Shown piece after piece: positions 37,417-47,166 of a stretch of 64,000 bases of DNA. Location of the stretch: contig OZ242351.1 in NCBI GenBank assembly GCA_965208675.1, forward strand, positions 1,216,001-1,280,000. Reading direction: 5' to 3'. Origin of the DNA: Candidatus Poribacteria bacterium (GTDB lineage: Bacteria > Poribacteria > WGA-4E > PCPOR2b). Made by a program: the position numbers and the translations under genes. The notes beneath the pieces are model-generated. The model made no database searches. It worked only from the letters and a program-made list of their open reading frames with translations, and had not been told where the DNA came from. Each line of letters begins with the position of its first letter. Within the stretch, counting starts at the first letter, position 1.

Positions 37417-38481
37417 TTATCTATACCATATGACAACCGAAATCAGGTTCACAAAACTATGTGTAATGATCGCAGGAATAATTGACTTCGTTCTAACAGA
37501 CAGCGCGGCGTAGGTTAGACCCATAACAAATATTGGGATGAATCGTAGTACGGACCCATGGAGAAGAGCAAACAAAAGAGAACTCAACAAAAGCCCCTTC
37601 TGATTCCCGAATCGATCGGACAAGGCGCTGTACATTATCCCTCGGAATAAAATTTCCTCGCCGACCGGCGTCAGAACAAGTAATACAAAACCCATGAGCA
37701 CCACAGAGGCGTCACGAAGATGTTCTGGCATGCCGGTCGCTTGGCGCTCTTCTTCCATCTTTATTAGAGATTCTACCGCACTGGACGATATTATGCCGTT
37801 TAATCCGGTTATCACCTGCATTCCGGCTTCTGAGATCAACACCAAAACCGGACCAAGTAGAAAGGGTAAACCGAATATCTTAATATCGCCGCTGAATCTC
37901 AGCCCAACGGCGGCAAGTGGTCTACGATAACGCACGGTCACACAATGGAGGCATAACCAAATCAGAACATTCCGTACAATCAGCTCAATAATCCAAACGT
38001 GAGAAGGTGGAAGCGTCAATATATATGAAGCGATGTCTTGTGGCTCCAATAACTTCTCCGCACCCTCCGAAAACCCAATCGCCGCAAACAGGGCAAAATT
38101 GTGAACCAATAGAGCGGCCAAGATGATAACAATTGCGTCTGATGGCTCAAAATACCCGTGTAACTTCGATATTGTTTCCTCTACGGTGTAAGACCGATTA
38201 CAGTATCTACACTGGCGCGTGGTGGCGCGGTTTTTTCGATGACAATCGCGGCATGTCCAAATAAGTTCTGGAGGTCGATTCCAAAAATATAGCGGGAAAA
38301 ACGCCTCTGGGACGAAAAGGACGCCTAAAATCCATAGCATCGACCGCTCCCGAAGCTTGATATCGCGGTACGTCCAAAGCGCCAAACCGACATGAATTAG
38401 CATCCGAACCAATAGCCCGATTATCTCCAACAAATCACGCACTCCCGCCAATGATTGAGCGTCGCGCATAGTAGCACGCAC
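37417..38481 (-). CDS. CPBP/CAAX (Abi) intramembrane protease with N-terminal RanBP2-type zinc finger
   Basis: EEILFRG, LFALLH and H...N motifs, plus WTCRDCHRKNRATTRQCRYC. Confidence 0.85.
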   Translation of the reverse strand: MRATMRDAQSLAGVRDLLEIIGLLVRMLIHVGLALWTYRDIKLRERSMLWILGVLFVPEAFFPLYFWNRPPELIWTCRDCHRKNRATTRQCRYCNRSYTVEETISKLHGYFEPSDAIVIILAALLVHNFALFAAIGFSEGAEKLLEPQDIASYILTLPPSHVWIIELIVRNVLIWLCLHCVTVRYRRPLAAVGLRFSGDIKIFGLPFLLGPVLVLISEAGMQVITGLNGIISSSAVESLIKMEEERQATGMPEHLRDASVVLMGFVLLVLTPVGEEILFRGIMYSALSDRFGNQKGLLLSSLLFALLHGSVLRFIPIFVMGLTYAALSVRTKSIIPAIITHSFVNLISVVIWYR

Positions 38482-38668
38482 ATGTCTTTTTTGTCAACCG
38501 CCTTCACGTTTCCAATCGCCCAGTTTCTATGTAACTTTCTACGCTGTACCTCCACAAATCGTCGTCGTATGACGCATACCGGTTCAGTTTCTGGCACCAG
38601 TCGTCAATCAGCAGTGCGGTCGGCACTTGAACTGTCCGCGGAACGAAAAAATAGGGCAAAAAAAGGGT

Positions 38669-39793
38669 ATGAGCCTAACAGAGCAAATTAAAGATTTCGC
38701 GCAAAAACTTGGATTCAGTCTTGTCGGTATTGCCCCGGCGGAACCCAGCCAAACAATCGATCGCTACGAGAGGTGGTTGGAGAGCGGTTACGGCGGGGAA
38801 ATGCGTTATCTCGAAAGACATTCGCCGTTGAAACAGAATGTTCGGAATCTACTACCGGAAGCCAAATCAATCATAACGTTAGGATTCAATTACTATACTA
38901 TCGATCCACCCGCATCGCTCGCTGACGATTCATCCCGGGGGCAAATTTCCCGATATGCGTGGGGAACGGATTACCACGATATTATTCAAAAGAAACTTCG
39001 TCGGTTGGCGCAGTTCATTAAAGCGGCTGCACAGGAACAGGTTAAAAGCAGAGTCTATGTCGATTCGGGCCCAATTCTTGAGCGCGAATACGCGCAGAAA
39101 GCGGGAATCGGTTGGATCGGCAAAAACACTAACTTGATTAACTGGCAATCGGGATCGTGGTATTTTCTTGCAGAACTGCTCGTCAGCGTCGCATTGGACC
39201 ATGATTACCTGCCGCCGCGCGGCGATTGCGGTACATGCACACTCTGTATCGAAGCATGCCCAACGGACGCCATTATTTCGCCAAATCTCCTCGATTCCCG
39301 CCTCTGCATCTCATACCTCACCATTGAATTAAAAGGCAGCATCCCTCGAAATCTGCGGCCGCAAATGGAAAACTTAATCTTCGGCTGCGACATCTGCCAA
39401 GAAGTTTGCCCGTGGAACAGCAAAGCAAAACCTACACAGGAACGCGGTTTTTACCCGCGGAAGGGCAACCTTGCGCCCAAACTGATTTCGCTTATCAACA
39501 TGACCCAAGAGGAGTTTAGCAAACGCTTCAAGAACAGCCCAATTAAGCGAGCTAAGCGGAAGGGGTTTTTACGGAATGTCGCCGTCGCGCTAGGGAATTG
39601 GAAGAGTCGTGCGGCGGTGCCTGCTCTCAAAACCGCACTGAACGACGATGAACCGTTGGTGCGTGCACATGCCGCGTGGGCGCTCGGACAAATCAACGTT
39701 AAATCCGCCAAAACGGCATTACGGGAACGGATAAAAGTGGAATCAAAAACAGCCGTCATTGACGAAATTAACGACGCCCTGCGCGTAAGTTGA
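38669..39793 (+). CDS. queG: tRNA epoxyqueuosine(34) reductase
   Basis: ISRYAWGTDYH, DSGPILER, CGTCTLCIEACPT, CISYLTIE, GCDICQEVCPWN and a C-terminal HEAT repeat. Confidence 0.96.
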   Translation: MSLTEQIKDFAQKLGFSLVGIAPAEPSQTIDRYERWLESGYGGEMRYLERHSPLKQNVRNLLPEAKSIITLGFNYYTIDPPASLADDSSRGQISRYAWGTDYHDIIQKKLRRLAQFIKAAAQEQVKSRVYVDSGPILEREYAQKAGIGWIGKNTNLINWQSGSWYFLAELLVSVALDHDYLPPRGDCGTCTLCIEACPTDAIISPNLLDSRLCISYLTIELKGSIPRNLRPQMENLIFGCDICQEVCPWNSKAKPTQERGFYPRKGNLAPKLISLINMTQEEFSKRFKNSPIKRAKRKGFLRNVAVALGNWKSRAAVPALKTALNDDEPLVRAHAAWALGQINVKSAKTALRERIKVESKTAVIDEINDALRVS

Positions 39794-39891
39794 CCGCCCA
39801 AGCCGACACAAAAAACCGCAGGAAGCGGCATTATACGTACTCGTTCTCCCTGCGGTGTAGAAGGATTATCGCACTCAACAGTTGTGTGTGA

Positions 39892-39963
39892 TGCCGGTGC
39901 GGAGAGTTGAACTCCGGACAACACGATTATGAGTCGTGTGCTCTACCACTGAGCTACACCGGC
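39892..39963 (-). tRNA. tRNA with CAT anticodon, most likely elongator tRNA-Met (Ile2 not excluded)
   Basis: Cloverleaf: acceptor GCCGGTG/CACCGGC, D arm GCTC/GAGC, anticodon arm CACGA-CTCATAA-TCGTG, T arm CGGAG-TTCAACT-CTCCG. CCA is not encoded. Confidence 0.93.
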
Positions 39964-39969
39964 GGTGTG

Positions 39970-40005
39970 AAAAAAGGGAAACGCGCACATAGAGCGCATT
40001 TCCCT
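39970..40005 (-). terminator. Intrinsic terminator-like hairpin between tRNA-fMet and tRNA-Met
   Basis: Minus strand AGGGAAATGCGC-TCTATGT-GCGCGTTTCCCT-TTTTT (12-bp stem with one G-U pair, then a U tract). Confidence 0.6.
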
Positions 40006-40010
40006 CAAAA

Positions 40011-40085
<75 letters not shown>

Positions 40086-40107
40086 CAAGTGTCGCGAAGG
40101 ACACATA

Positions 40108-40192
40108 TGGGCGAGGAGGGATTCGAACCCTCACACCCGGTTATGGGCGATGGATTTTAAGTCCATTGTGTCTGCCATTCCACCACTCGCCC
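40108..40192 (-). tRNA. tRNA-Leu (TAA)
   Basis: Acceptor GGGCGAG/CTCGCCC, anticodon arm ATGGA-CTTAAAA-TCCAT, long variable arm and TTCGAAT T loop. Confidence 0.95.
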
Positions 40193-40241
40193 GCTGGCGC
40201 AAGGGCACATAAACGCTGCTCCCCCGATGCTGCCATGATAT

Positions 40242-40271
40242 ATTGTAATCTAATGCCCTCTGATTTGTCAA
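40242..40271 (-). promoter_or_regulatory. Putative sigma70 promoter of the tRNA operon
   Basis: Minus strand reads TTGACA-18 nt-TACAAT about 50 nt upstream of tRNA-Leu. Confidence 0.65.
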
Positions 40272-40505
40272 GCCTTAATTTGTTTGAGTCCGTCGGTCAT
40301 TTCGATATTGTGAAAACGGCAAACTTTGACAGGTGAATCCATTTACCGTTCCCACCCTCGCCAGTTGGCAATCTCTCCAGGCCAACCGTCTAGCTTGTAT
40401 GTTAAATCCCGCCGAGATTTGCAATCCAACTCGCCGCCTCAAAGTTCAAATGTGAATTACTGCAGACATGAGCGGTCATCCAAAAGCAAATTCGAAATAT
40501 AACTA

Positions 40506-41321
40506 TCATGAGCCCGTGCTGTGATAGTGCAGCATTCCGATGCGCCAGAGTGCATAACAACAAAGCAACATCGCGACCGCAACGGCCGGGGCGCCGAATT
40601 GAAAGTATGCAGGCATACCCAAGAATTGGTCTTTTCCCAGTAGATTCAGCGCGGGATAATATGTCACAAATGCCACGGGAAGAATGAATGTCAAAAGCAG
40701 TCGCACAGCGAGAGGATAAATCGAGATGGGAAACGTGGCAGCCTCTTTGCTTGCGGTGATGAGGATATCGGTGAGTTTACCGGATTTTGTGGCTAATAGC
40801 GCGACGGATGCGCTGACAAGCATAAATGCAAACATGATTATGCCGCCGCTTACAACAGTGATGATTGTAAATAAACCGCGTGCGACCGTCAACCGAATCT
40901 GCGCCATGTGAAAAGCGGCGCCGAATATTACAATACTCGTCAACAACCGTGACGCATGATGGAGTTCCACCCGGCTAGCGAGGACGTAAAATAAGGGTGG
41001 AACCGGTTTAATCAATACAGTGTCCAAATCGCCGCGAACGACATATCGGTCGAAATCGTCCAATTGATTCCCCACTATTTTCATCAAAGCGAACGCTAAC
41101 GACGCTAAGCTGTATAGAAACATGATATCGGGCAAAGCCCATCCGTTTACCGTGCGAAACTTCGTGAATAAGACGCCGAGTAAGCCTATCAGACACGCTT
41201 CCCCGGCAACGACCGCTGCGCACATGAGACCGAAAGACAGCCTGTATTGAAGTCTAGACCGCACATATGCACCGGCGAGAAGCAGATAAAGTCTGCTGTA
41301 ACGCACTATCGGGTTGCTCAT
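40506..41321 (-). CDS. ABC-2 family transporter permease (DUF990-type)
   Basis: LQYRLSF, V.GW, GDLD.VLIKP, FPISIYP and YHSTGS end. Confidence 0.9.
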   Translation of the reverse strand: MSNPIVRYSRLYLLLAGAYVRSRLQYRLSFGLMCAAVVAGEACLIGLLGVLFTKFRTVNGWALPDIMFLYSLASLAFALMKIVGNQLDDFDRYVVRGDLDTVLIKPVPPLFYVLASRVELHHASRLLTSIVIFGAAFHMAQIRLTVARGLFTIITVVSGGIIMFAFMLVSASVALLATKSGKLTDILITASKEAATFPISIYPLAVRLLLTFILPVAFVTYYPALNLLGKDQFLGMPAYFQFGAPAVAVAMLLCCYALWRIGMLHYHSTGS

Positions 41322-41322
41322 T

Positions 41323-42120
41323 TTATCCGCCTTGAATCACCAATTTTCGCAGGGCGGCTAGGTAGGCAAATCGTCCAAGCCCCATTAACGCAACTGTCCA
41401 GAATAGTTGAATTAGGAGCACAACTATCACAGCGTTTCCAGTAATTCCGCCAACATAGATTGCTGTCGGAGAATAGATTATCGCTTGGAAGGGCAAATAC
41501 TCAGCCATTTTGGCTAGAAGGGCGGGATAATGCTCCAAAGGGAGAAAGTAGCCCGAAAAAAACCAGGAAACGCCCCATATCACGGCGAAATAGATACCGC
41601 GTATTTCAACCACCCAGAATGCAAGAATCCCAATGAGAAATTCAATGTTGAACAAGATGACGAATCCCAACATCACACTGACTATAAACGCCCCCACGGT
41701 CAATATAGAGCCGGGCAGCAAAAGACTCAAACCGCCATAAAACAACAAGAGTTTTGGAAGCATGTTGAATAGCACTGTGTGAAATGAAGTTCCCACCCCC
41801 GTGGCAAGCAGCATTAACTGAAAGTCAACCGGCTTCATCAAATCGGTTACGACTTCGCCGGTGCGAACCTTTTCTTCTATGACTCGTGCAATCCGTAACG
41901 TAAAGTGAAAAGACAATAGCGTTTGCGACACAACGATGTACGTCAGAATACGAGTAAGGTCGTACCCTGCTACGGCGGACTTCCCGATGTAGAGTGCCTT
42001 CCAAAGATACACATAGATTAGCATGAACAACACATTGATAAACAACTCAACCCACAGCTCAAATCGATAGGTCAGCGTTCTCTGAAAGGCGTTTGCAGCA
42101 AAAGCCAGGTATTTTCGCAC
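41323..42120 (-). CDS. ABC-2 family transporter permease (DUF990-type)
   Basis: LTYRFE, VRTGEV..DLMKP, LPFQAIIYSP and LVIQGG end. Confidence 0.9.
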   Translation of the reverse strand: MRKYLAFAANAFQRTLTYRFELWVELFINVLFMLIYVYLWKALYIGKSAVAGYDLTRILTYIVVSQTLLSFHFTLRIARVIEEKVRTGEVVTDLMKPVDFQLMLLATGVGTSFHTVLFNMLPKLLLFYGGLSLLLPGSILTVGAFIVSVMLGFVILFNIEFLIGILAFWVVEIRGIYFAVIWGVSWFFSGYFLPLEHYPALLAKMAEYLPFQAIIYSPTAIYVGGITGNAVIVVLLIQLFWTVALMGLGRFAYLAALRKLVIQGG

Positions 42121-42130
42121 GATGAGTCCT

Positions 42131-43108
42131 TCAAATTGCCATGCCGGTCTGATAGATTTGCCTCACAATTTCCTCAATTTCCGGCTCGGAAATCGTTAAA
42201 TCCTGAATTTCATACTGCGCCGTCACTCGCGTCATGACTTCGGAAGCTGAGATAGTGTCCCTGTCAAACGCGAGCCAGATACGATTTCCCTCTCGTCGAA
42301 TTACATCCACATTCTCAATCTGAATTTCAAGATAGGCTTGTGCGAGGTCCACGATGAGCATCCGCGTTCTGCCGTAGCGCTGTTTCAATGCCTCGATACC
42401 ACCATCATAGATGATGCGGCCGGTGTCAATTATCATCAGCCGTTGACAGATCTTTTCCACGTCATTGAGGTCATGTGTTGTCAGAATCACCGTCACCTTC
42501 CGTTCAGCGTTAACCCGTTGGAGAAATTGGCGAACCTGTTCTTTGGCAACTACGTCTAAACCGATGGTAGGTTCGTCCAAAAAAAGAATTTCGGGGTTAT
42601 GCAATAGGGCGGCGGTCAGGTCGCATCGCATCCGTTCACCGAGGCTCAATGTCCGGACCGGCATAGATGTTAGATGATCCAGTTGTAACAATTCGCTGAA
42701 AAACGCCAGATTTTGCTTGTATGTATGCTGGGGAATCTCGTAGATGTGCTTAAGCAGTTCGAAAGAGTCCATCACGGGCAAATCCCACCAGAGTTGGGTT
42801 CGTTGTCCAAACACCACGCCGATTCGCCGCGTGTACTCTCTTCGATGCTGATGCGGCGTCAATCCCATGACATCAACCTTTCCCGACGTCGGCACGAGAA
42901 TCCCAGTCAGCATTTTGATAGTCGTAGACTTCCCCGCACCGTTGGCGCCGATGTATCCCACCAATTCTCCGCGTTGCAGGGCGAAATTCACATCGTCGAC
43001 TGCCTGGATAATACGGTGTGTCCGCGAAAACAGGCCGCGCCAAAATCCGACCGGGCGTTCGCGTACCTTGAATTGTTTGCAGAGGTGTTCAACCTTGATG
43101 ATGGACAT
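42131..43108 (-). CDS. ABC transporter ATP-binding protein
   Basis: GANGAGKST, VFGQRTQLWWDLP, LSLGERMR and LFLDEPTIGLD. Confidence 0.95.
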   Translation of the reverse strand: MSIIKVEHLCKQFKVRERPVGFWRGLFSRTHRIIQAVDDVNFALQRGELVGYIGANGAGKSTTIKMLTGILVPTSGKVDVMGLTPHQHRREYTRRIGVVFGQRTQLWWDLPVMDSFELLKHIYEIPQHTYKQNLAFFSELLQLDHLTSMPVRTLSLGERMRCDLTAALLHNPEILFLDEPTIGLDVVAKEQVRQFLQRVNAERKVTVILTTHDLNDVEKICQRLMIIDTGRIIYDGGIEALKQRYGRTRMLIVDLAQAYLEIQIENVDVIRREGNRIWLAFDRDTISASEVMTRVTAQYEIQDLTISEPEIEEIVRQIYQTGMAI

Positions 43109-43495
43109 ATTCGCGCAGGGCAGGAGGGTGTCTGTGCCCGAATTATACCAATTGTGGGAAATTGGGAAGGCTTTAAGCTAATGTGGGGGAGGGTATTGTG
43201 CTGACCAATGGTTGCTTAGCATGTCACTCACCGCGCCCGCGACGGGTCGGTTACGATGGGTAGTAAGAACATCTACCGTGGTCGGAAACAGTTTAATCGG
43301 AACTCGGGTTACGCCTGAATCACGGACCTGGCGTCTAGCCAAACCGCCCTGCAGCTTAACGGGACGGCGAATGGTTGTGGCGCACCAAACAGGTTAATCT
43401 ACCATTATCAACGGATATTCCGTTGCCCTTTGATTGGGAAAGATTCGACGTGGACAAGCCGCGCCGGTGCCATCCGCCCCAAAAAGAAGTGGGCA

Positions 43496-44224
43496 TTAGT
43501 GGCCGCCCACTTTGCCAATCTCGATTTCAATTTCGTCTCGATTTCGGATACGTTCTATCATGCCGTCCCTAATGTTGACGACCCGATCAGATACGTCGAG
43601 CATTTTTGGGTCGTGCGTCGCCGAAATCACGGTCACTTTGTGCCGAACATTGAGCTCTTTGATCAGATTAATAATTTCACGGCCCGTTGTCATATCTAAA
43701 TTCGCAGTAGGTTCGTCCGCCAGAATTATCGTGGGGTCATTTGCGAGCGCCCTAGCGATCGCCACGCGCTGGCATTGTCCGCCCGACAACTCATCCGGTC
43801 TGTGGTGGGTTCGATCGCCCAATCCAACCATCGTGAGGAGTTCCGTGCCCTTGTCGTTCCGTTCGCTCACCGATAACCCCGCGAATATCATCGGCAAGGT
43901 CACGTTTTCTAACGCCGTCATCACATACAGCAGGTTGTAGTTTTGAAAGATGTATCCAACACGGTGGCAACGGAACCAAGCAATTTGAGACATACTCAAT
44001 TGTGACATGTTCTGGCGGTCAATGTAGATACTTCCCCCCGTCGGGTGATCCAAAGCACCGATCATGTTGAACAGCGTAGACTTTCCTGATCCAGAAGGCC
44101 CCATCAGTGAAATGTACTCTCCTCGTACGATTTCTAAATTGACCCCGTTTAGCGCCTTTACTACATTGCTACCCATCCGATACTCTTTGATAACCTCTTC
44201 AGCCCTAACTACAATGTCTGCCAT
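43496..44224 (-). CDS. ABC transporter ATP-binding protein (LolD/MacB-like)
   Basis: ATG 44224 follows GGAGG. GPSGSGKST, LSGGQCQRVAIARAL and ADEPTANLD. Confidence 0.93.
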   Translation of the reverse strand: MADIVVRAEEVIKEYRMGSNVVKALNGVNLEIVRGEYISLMGPSGSGKSTLFNMIGALDHPTGGSIYIDRQNMSQLSMSQIAWFRCHRVGYIFQNYNLLYVMTALENVTLPMIFAGLSVSERNDKGTELLTMVGLGDRTHHRPDELSGGQCQRVAIARALANDPTIILADEPTANLDMTTGREIINLIKELNVRHKVTVISATHDPKMLDVSDRVVNIRDGMIERIRNRDEIEIEIGKVGGH

Positions 44225-44237
44225 GAATCCTCCCAAA

Positions 44238-44924
44238 TTAGACCTCAGTCCGCATCGCTTCGGCAGGAGGCAGTTTCGCAGCGCGCCACGCCGGAAACGC
44301 TGCGCCAATGACCGCTAAAATCATGCCGAGCACACAGCCGCCAAGAATAATCAGTAGTACGCCGTATCTAACAGCACCATCGTCACCAACCGCTGGTAAA
44401 AACGGGAAATAAAAGAATACATCCAACCCGAAATCTTTGAGATTCAGTAGAATCGATCCAATGCAGCCAATCAAAGCGCCGACAACCGCGCCAGCTAGTC
44501 CTTGGAATCCCGATTCTAACAAAAACAACCTGACCACGAAACGGTCTAATGCGCCGAGGCACTTCATCGTACCAATTTCTCGGAATCGCTCCGTGACTGC
44601 CATCAGCATTGAGTTCGCAATTCCGACTACACAGACAATTAAGGACATCAGGATTAGCCACCTATCTTTGATTGAAATTCCGCCCGTCGACTCTTCTTCC
44701 TCAAAACTGGCTATCTGGTCGGTGCGGCCGCTCGATTTCATCGCCTCGCCAATTTCGCTATTTGTCCAGACTGATACGAGAAAGGCAATCCCCAAAGTAA
44801 TGCCCGCTGTCGTGATAATCGAACGCCAAAAACGGATCATCAGACTCTGAAAACTGATACGCACCGACTCTACGAACGGGAGTTCAATTTGCTGTTCAAT
44901 TTGACCCTGGTCGTGTTGTACCAA
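44238..44924 (-). CDS. FtsX-like ABC permease (short)
   Basis: TTG 44924 follows GGAGG. GIANSMLMAVTERFREIGTMKCLGA and PAWRAAKLPPAEAMR. Confidence 0.9.
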   Translation of the reverse strand: MVQHDQGQIEQQIELPFVESVRISFQSLMIRFWRSIITTAGITLGIAFLVSVWTNSEIGEAMKSSGRTDQIASFEEEESTGGISIKDRWLILMSLIVCVVGIANSMLMAVTERFREIGTMKCLGALDRFVVRLFLLESGFQGLAGAVVGALIGCIGSILLNLKDFGLDVFFYFPFLPAVGDDGAVRYGVLLIILGGCVLGMILAVIGAAFPAWRAAKLPPAEAMRTEV

Positions 44925-44959
44925 ACTGTTTACCTCCAGATTCCTAAACTCTCGACTGC

Positions 44960-44988
44960 ATTTTATCACGCCAAGAAAATAAAGTCAA
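44960..44988 (-). promoter_or_regulatory. Putative sigma70 promoter of the FtsX-like permease/ATPase pair
   Basis: Minus strand reads TTGACT-17 nt-TAAAAT with an extended -10 TG. Confidence 0.65.
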
Positions 44989-45183
44989 GCCTTGCAACCC
45001 ATTCTCGCCAAACTTAGGCGTCGAAGAAAGGGCATTTGGCCTTAGTACCAAAATTTCACTAGCCATGGCTGCAATGACAGTAATTCAATCGCTGTTGAAA
45101 TCTTTCCAAAATAATCCCAGAGCCCGATGGCGACTGCGTACTGTCCCCCACATTAAGCCAAATAGGCTAGATGTCCAACGCAG

Positions 45184-46719
45184 TCACCGTCTCCAGAAAC
45201 TGCGATCCAAACTCCGGTATTGAATCGCCTCTGAAGTGTGCTCAGCCTCTATGGTGGAGCTTTCGGCGAGATCCGCAATCGTGCGCGCCACCTTCAATAC
45301 TCGATCGTACGCACGTGCACTGAGTCCAAGCTGAGTGATTGCCACGCGCAGCAATTCCTGTGCGTCAGGCTGCATCTGACAGTATTCGCGGATATGCCGC
45401 GTTTCCATATTTGCGTTACAGAAAATTTTAGTGTCCGAAAATCGCTCCTGCTGAATGCCCCGCGCAGCCTGCACTCGTTTACGAATGGCTGTAGAGGCTT
45501 CCCCCGTAAAATCGCTGGACAAATCCTTGTATTTAACCGCAGGCACCTCTACCTGCAAATCTATTCTGTCCAACAGTGGTCCAGAGATTCGAGATACGTA
45601 GCTCTGGATCTGAGTCGGTGTACATCGGCAATTCCGGGTAGGATCGCCGAAGAAACCGCAGGGACATGGGTTCATCGAAGCCACAAGCATAAAATTGGCG
45701 GGATAGGTGTAGGAGGCAGCCGCGCGGGAAATTGTCACTTGCAAGTCCTCAAGCGGTTGACGCATGGCTTCAAGTACGTTTTTCCGGAATTCAGGGAGCT
45801 CGTCGAGAAAAAGCACGCCGTTATGCGAAAGACTCACTTCGCCTGGGCGAGGATATCTGCCGCCGCCGATAAGCCCTGCATCGGAAATCGTATGATGCGG
45901 CGACCGGCATGGGCGCGTTGCGATTAAGGGTACATCACCATGAAGCATGCCTACAATACTATGTATCTTCGTCGTTTCGAGTGCTTCTTCAAGCGTCATA
46001 TCCGGCAATATCGTCGGAATCCGTCTGGCGACCATCGTTTTGCCGGAACCCGGCGGGCCAATCATAATCAGATTGTGTCCGCCCGATGTCGCAACTTCAA
46101 TGGCTCGTTTGACATGCTCCTGGCCCTTGACATCTGAGAAGTCGATTGTATACTCCGCAAACTGGTCAAATGCATCCTGAATATTGTACTCGAAAGGCTG
46201 AATGGTTTGCTCGGCATTTAAGAAATCAACCGCCTCTCGTAGAGATTCTACAGGATAAATATCTAATCCATCAACAATCGCCGCTTCCTTGGCATTCGAT
46301 TTCGGCAGGATAACGCCTTTGTACTGATTCTCCTTGGCTGCAACTGCAACCGGTAGACACCCGTGAACGGATCTGACACTTCCATCAAGTGCCAACTCCC
46401 CTAACATCAATGTATGCTCAATGAAATCCGTCCGAACTTGCCCAGTTGCTGCAATGACGCCGACAGCCATTGGAAGATCGAACGCCGACCCCTCTTTCCG
46501 TACATCCGCGGGGGCAAGATTTGCGGTTATTCGGCTGCTCGGGAAATAAAACCCTGAATTCTTGATTGCCGCGGTAACCCGTTCGCGGCTTTCTTTAACG
46601 GCGTTGTCTGGAAGTCCAACCGTGGCGAATGCTGGCAAGCCGTCAGAGATGTCAATCTCCACTTTGACGATATATGCATCAATCCCCATCAGTGCACTAC
46701 TAAGAACGCTCGCAAGCAT
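45184..46719 (-). CDS. comM: YifB/ComM family Mg-chelatase-like AAA+ ATPase
   Basis: VGLPD.AVKESRERV, NLAPAD.RKEG, GPPGSGKTM, RPGEVSLSHNGVLFLDE and NPCPCG. Confidence 0.93.
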   Translation of the reverse strand: MLASVLSSALMGIDAYIVKVEIDISDGLPAFATVGLPDNAVKESRERVTAAIKNSGFYFPSSRITANLAPADVRKEGSAFDLPMAVGVIAATGQVRTDFIEHTLMLGELALDGSVRSVHGCLPVAVAAKENQYKGVILPKSNAKEAAIVDGLDIYPVESLREAVDFLNAEQTIQPFEYNIQDAFDQFAEYTIDFSDVKGQEHVKRAIEVATSGGHNLIMIGPPGSGKTMVARRIPTILPDMTLEEALETTKIHSIVGMLHGDVPLIATRPCRSPHHTISDAGLIGGGRYPRPGEVSLSHNGVLFLDELPEFRKNVLEAMRQPLEDLQVTISRAAASYTYPANFMLVASMNPCPCGFFGDPTRNCRCTPTQIQSYVSRISGPLLDRIDLQVEVPAVKYKDLSSDFTGEASTAIRKRVQAARGIQQERFSDTKIFCNANMETRHIREYCQMQPDAQELLRVAITQLGLSARAYDRVLKVARTIADLAESSTIEAEHTSEAIQYRSLDRSFWRR

Positions 46720-47023
46720 ATGCATGTCCTCAAAATTGTGTTCTACGTACTTCTAAACGTATGAATGCTTATCGTGTATTATACTATAGCATAGCTTTCA
46801 GCGGAACGCAATCCCATAATGATCGAAACGAAATTTCTCCTGAACTCTATCAATTGAACCATTTCACAGCTTTGCGTCAAAATTGATTGTTTGCAATAAA
46901 TCCGTAAATTGACCGGGACTTGTCGAAATGAGAGTTGCGCGGAATGATGGGATTGATGCGTTACCTCTGTTGAGATGGTAAATTACCTCCATTGTTGTCT
47001 CGTTACTTTCGCGAGAATTTCAG

Positions 47024-47053
47024 TTGATAAAGCGGCGAAGGATATGATATAAT
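47024..47053 (+). promoter_or_regulatory. sigma70 promoter of rpsF
   Basis: TTGATA-18 nt-TATAAT with an extended -10 TG. Confidence 0.7.
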
Positions 47054-47060
47054 TTAAAAT

Positions 47061-47158
47061 CTTTGCTCCATAATTTTGCGGATTCAAGTCGGTCAGAATT
47101 CGTTGTGTTTACCGGTAAATTCCGTTCTGATATGGAGCCATAGGGCCAAAAAGGGAGG
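47061..47158 (+). ncRNA. Putative S6:S18 ribosomal-protein leader
   Basis: CTTT-GCTCCATA...TATGGAGC-CATAGGGCCAA-AAAGGGAGG forms a long stem whose base abuts the rpsF SD. Position and shape match the known S6:S18 autoregulatory leader. Confidence 0.6.
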
Positions 47159-47166
47159 CAAAAATA

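Noticed and set aside
43200-43495. Possible ncRNA or small ORFs (43212-43397, 43375-43572) between the two ABC systems
   Set aside because: No signature of RNase P, tmRNA, SRP, 6S or tRNA-Sec was recognised, and the ORFs lack SD sequences and motifs.
44925-44969. Upstream start of the FtsX-like permease given in the ORF track
   Set aside because: It overlaps the predicted -10 element, whereas TTG 44924 has a GGAGG SD.
45238-45927. 229-aa plus-strand ORF, and the many other 60-200 aa alternative-frame ORFs in the track
   Set aside because: They are antisense or out-of-frame shadows of well-supported genes and have no recognisable motifs.
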